Source of the DNA: a virus
Taxonomy: Duplodnaviria > Caudoviricetes
Direction: 5' to 3' (one strand)
DNA: 37,876 bases
IMG/VR virus record: IMGVR_UViG_3300020044_006193
Span: 1-37,876 of that record
Shown: piece by piece, positions 35,045 to 37,876 of the stretch
Layout of the letters: the number at the start of each line of letters is the position of its first letter
How positions within the stretch are numbered: the stretch's first letter is position 1
Position numbers and translations under genes: made by a program
Notes under the pieces: model-generated
Seen by the model: the letters and a program-made list of their open reading frames with translations, nothing else
Database searches by the model: none
Told to the model about the DNA's origin: nothing

Positions 35045-35316
35045 CGGAAGTTTTCTCCCGCACCGAGAAACCGCACACCACCCACGGCACCACCGGTGGT
35101 GGTATTCGCCGCTACGAAGTCCTGCGCTCGCTTGAGCATCGACTCGACGAAGTTCTTACCGATTGACAAAGAACTGGATTGATTGCTCGCGGATTCGGCG
35201 CGAAGAATTAGCCAACGTTTCGCAGCGGTGATAAACGACTTCGCGCGTGCAACGCTGGCGACTTCTTCAAAGTCTGCGTTGGTGAGCAGATCTGATTCGA
35301 TGTCCGCGATTAGCAT
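35041..35316 (-). CDS. Small head-associated protein (gpW-like position)
   Basis: 91 aa just upstream of the portal gene, with an ATGA overlap. Confidence 0.65.
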   Translation of the reverse strand: MLIADIESDLLTNADFEEVASVARAKSFITAAKRWLILRAESASNQSSSLSIGKNFVESMLKRAQDFVAANTTTGGAVGGVRFLGAGENFR

Positions 35317-35460
35317 GCACGGACATTATCATGAAATGTGATTCGTGAAAGATGTATCGGATAATCAGATTTTCTGATCCGAATTTGCTTTTTGTGCGTT
35401 GTACTTTCAAACTGACCTAAACAATGCCCATTCATCGCCTCTGTTTTTTAAGGTGCAAAC

Positions 35461-35667
35461 ATGACAAAGACGCAATCCGGTGTGGTTCTGATCGCAGGTC
35501 CTGTGGTTGCCCTTATCGGTGGAAGTATTTCCGGATCGGCCAATAACGCGACATCGACTCCCGACACCGACTGGTTTTATTCGCTCATCAATGGCGGCGG
35601 AATCGTGCTTATCCTGATCGGCTTGGCGATGTTTTTCGCGGGCGCAATGTTTTTTGCTCGCAAGTAA
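35461..35667 (+). CDS. Small two-TM membrane protein (moron-like)
   Basis: Opposite strand to the morphogenesis genes; AT-rich upstream region with an AAGG RBS. Confidence 0.65.
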   Translation: MTKTQSGVVLIAGPVVALIGGSISGSANNATSTPDTDWFYSLINGGGIVLILIGLAMFFAGAMFFARK

Positions 35668-35934
35668 TCATACAGCAACTTCGTTTTCGATGATCCATCG
35701 CACCGCCTGAGCCCGGTTATCAACCGGCTTCCCGTCTGCCGTTCGTGCGCCGCTGTCCTGCAGAATTCGCAGTTTATCGCGAAGTATGCGGGCTTGCACT
35801 CGGTTCATGCGCACGTCAACGTTGCGGGGGATGTAGCCCTCTGACGCTGGCGGATTCTCCGTTATTACCGTGACAGGCTGCAATTGCTGCTGTCGTGGTT
35901 GCTCGCTATCAATTCGTGGGAGTGGTTTCGCCAT
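35668..35934 (-). CDS. Hypothetical protein (possible RHH-like)
   Basis: AAAGGT RBS; VDVRMN...NRAQAVRWII. Confidence 0.7.
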   Translation of the reverse strand: MAKPLPRIDSEQPRQQQLQPVTVITENPPASEGYIPRNVDVRMNRVQARILRDKLRILQDSGARTADGKPVDNRAQAVRWIIENEVAV

Positions 35935-35938
35935 TGAT

Positions 35939-37732
35939 TTACCTTTCCGTCGCTAAAAATGCCTGACCGTGAGGATTCACGATTCGTGGTTTCGGCTCAG
36001 GCTTTGGTTGTGGTTTAATCGGTTCCGGTTCAGGAATCACGAGACGCAGCCCCGTGCAACCAGCTGCCGCACATGCCAGTGCGTAAGCATCCAGCCAGTG
36101 GTTATTGGTTTTGTCGTGGACAATCCAGACTCGCTTATTAATCTTGCCATCGACTGGTATGAGTTGCTCAGACTCGCTGACCATGTGGCGTGCGAACTGC
36201 AGATGAAATTTGTGATCACCGTGAGGAGGATCGAACAGAGCGATAGATCCCGGAAGGCGAGTGTCATCAAGGAACGCATTCACGAGGAATCTATCCTGCC
36301 CCCATTTTTTCCAGTATTCCGTGTTCACGTTGTATAGCCACATTTCGTTGCGTTTGCTGTCGGTCGTTTTGTGGGCATGGGCTTGCAGAAATGGTTCATA
36401 GTCGGGCGTCTGTTTCTTCTGCCGGTATCGGTCCATTGACCAACCTTTCGACGGAAAGAACGGCGCGCCCAGCTGGCGGCACGCTTCATAAATTGAATCC
36501 GTGAAGTCCCCCGAGTCCACGAGCACCAGCAACGGCTGAGCATCCGCAAAGACCTCCGAGTCAGCGAACTGCTTCAGGCTTTCCAGAATGCCGATTTCAA
36601 TTGCCTGCTCTGACGAGTATTTTGTCAGCCCGTGCGTTTCAACGATCCCGTAATCAGTGATCCACATTACCATCTGACGAGTGCAGGATATTTTCACCCA
36701 GTGGCTTTTGTATTTGCCAATGTCCACGCCGACGAATGAAAACACGCGATTATCAGGGACTTCGCTTTGCTGAAGTCGCGACAATTGGCCAGCAACTCGA
36801 CCGGGTGTGAGCGATGACCGTTCAGCCTGTTCTTCTGAATCCGGATCGTTTTGGTATTCGGCCTTGAACGCGGAGAGATTCGTATCCGCAATTTTGTTGT
36901 ATGCTTCCTGAATCGCGGAATAGACAGCCTGCCTTCCATCCGGCAGTGTGATCTCTTTGAAGTTGTCGGCCAGCATTACAACGCCCGCATCCATCGCCTC
37001 ACGGTTAGCCAGGTAGAACTCTACCGCCGCCATTCCGTGCCGATCGCCGGCCTGTTGACACTTGCGCCGCAGTGCGATGTATTCATCCCACAGGTCACCG
37101 TTTTTCGGCCACGATTGAATCCATCCGTATCGCTCGCCTTCCCATGCTGGTTTTTGCTGCGGATCGGTGAACTGAGCGGAAACACAATACGTGTTTTGCA
37201 ACGTCGTGACCATTACCATTGCGAGTGGCTTGTCTTGTCCCTCTAAACCCTCGATGTCTTTTTCGATGATCTCAATGCGGTCCTCAATCTGCTGGTAAGA
37301 CTTCGCGGATTCGCGTGTCTCCGGATCGTCGATAATCAAACAATCGGGCCGGTCGTCGTCGATGTTCATTCCACGGAATGCGGCATCAAGTCCAGCAAAC
37401 GCCATTTTAACCCCGCCAAAGGGGGACCATTCGCGATCGAGAGACTTGAGAAAGTCATTGGCGTTACCGGGAACTCGTGGAAGTCTGAGGAAATCAGTTG
37501 TACTCCAATTGATGTTGGTGAGATGCCCGTCCACATGCTGACGAGCGGCTCGCTGTGGAGCGCCCTCGAGATGTCGCACGGGTGCACAGATTTCCGGAAA
37601 GTCCTGATATAGCAAATCGTTGTTTGCCCACTCGTTTCTATAGTCTCGGTAAATTCGACCTGCCAGATTTGTTGTGGCACAAATTGGAACGATAAAACGA
37701 ACCAATTCACAAGCCGTCGCATATATTAGCAT
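35939..37732 (-). CDS. terL: Terminase large subunit (N-terminus including Walker A missing from this frame)
   Basis: RG..IDDDRPDCLIIDDP (Walker B), EYQNDP, VGVDIG nuclease motif, NHWLDA; lies upstream of the portal gene. Confidence 0.88.
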   Translation of the reverse strand: MLIYATACELVRFIVPICATTNLAGRIYRDYRNEWANNDLLYQDFPEICAPVRHLEGAPQRAARQHVDGHLTNINWSTTDFLRLPRVPGNANDFLKSLDREWSPFGGVKMAFAGLDAAFRGMNIDDDRPDCLIIDDPETRESAKSYQQIEDRIEIIEKDIEGLEGQDKPLAMVMVTTLQNTYCVSAQFTDPQQKPAWEGERYGWIQSWPKNGDLWDEYIALRRKCQQAGDRHGMAAVEFYLANREAMDAGVVMLADNFKEITLPDGRQAVYSAIQEAYNKIADTNLSAFKAEYQNDPDSEEQAERSSLTPGRVAGQLSRLQQSEVPDNRVFSFVGVDIGKYKSHWVKISCTRQMVMWITDYGIVETHGLTKYSSEQAIEIGILESLKQFADSEVFADAQPLLVLVDSGDFTDSIYEACRQLGAPFFPSKGWSMDRYRQKKQTPDYEPFLQAHAHKTTDSKRNEMWLYNVNTEYWKKWGQDRFLVNAFLDDTRLPGSIALFDPPHGDHKFHLQFARHMVSESEQLIPVDGKINKRVWIVHDKTNNHWLDAYALACAAAGCTGLRLVIPEPEPIKPQPKPEPKPRIVNPHGQAFLATER

Positions 37733-37876
37733 TCCCCAGTGCGTTGATCCTGCTCGACGCCTGCGATGTCTTGCAGATCCGGAGTTGTTTCTGAAAACCT
37801 ACATGCCGAAAAAGTTTCGGCAGTCCTTCGGCAAAGTGCACAGCCGAATCATTCAGACTATTCATGATCGAGCCAC
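37731..37876 (+). other. Probable inverted fragment of the terminase 5' region
   Basis: Plus frame is open: IPQCVDPARRLRCLADPELFLKTYMPKKFRQSFGKVHSRIIQTIHDRA. The minus frame hits a stop at about 37800. Confidence 0.6.

Noticed and set aside
1-37876. Apparent abundance of CGATCG/GATC words
   Set aside because: Cannot be quantified by eye; needs an observed/expected k-mer calculation

Overview
This window is most of the genome of a tailed, probably temperate dsDNA phage with lambda-like (siphovirus-type) morphogenesis genes. Gene order suggests a circularly permuted genome. A Planctomycetota-like host is my inference from csrA, the papain-like peptidase/thioredoxin-lipoprotein cluster and the protein styles; it is not shown by the sequence. 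The minus strand carries head and tail genes (terminase, portal, ClpP-type protease, capsid, tail tube, G/GT frameshift chaperones, tape measure, tail-tip proteins) at 22-37.7 kb. It also carries a replication/recombination block (csrA, RusA, Sak4-like ATPase, DUF669, HD hydrolase, SNF2 helicase, DNA methyltransferase, SF2 helicase, DCL-HNH, primase-polymerase) at 7-17.5 kb, followed by an iteron-like origin. Next come a membrane/lipoprotein/C1-peptidase cluster and a >911-aa beta-helix/SGNH-esterase protein that runs off the left edge and is missing from the ORF track. A central switch region (18.2-19.8 kb) holds an XRE gene, a tRNA-Leu 3' fragment (attP-like) and a divergent tyrosine recombinase, bracketed by inverted promoter/operator copies. 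Most notable observations: (i) a ~155-aa module shared by two distant putative adsorption proteins, one copy sitting between perfect 52-bp direct repeats 644 bp apart whose recombination would give a shorter in-frame gene; (ii) the mirror-image promoter/operator pair; (iii) a tRNA minihelix-like element; (iv) an inverted terminase 5' fragment at the right end. All family calls are by-eye motif recognition; no database search was run.
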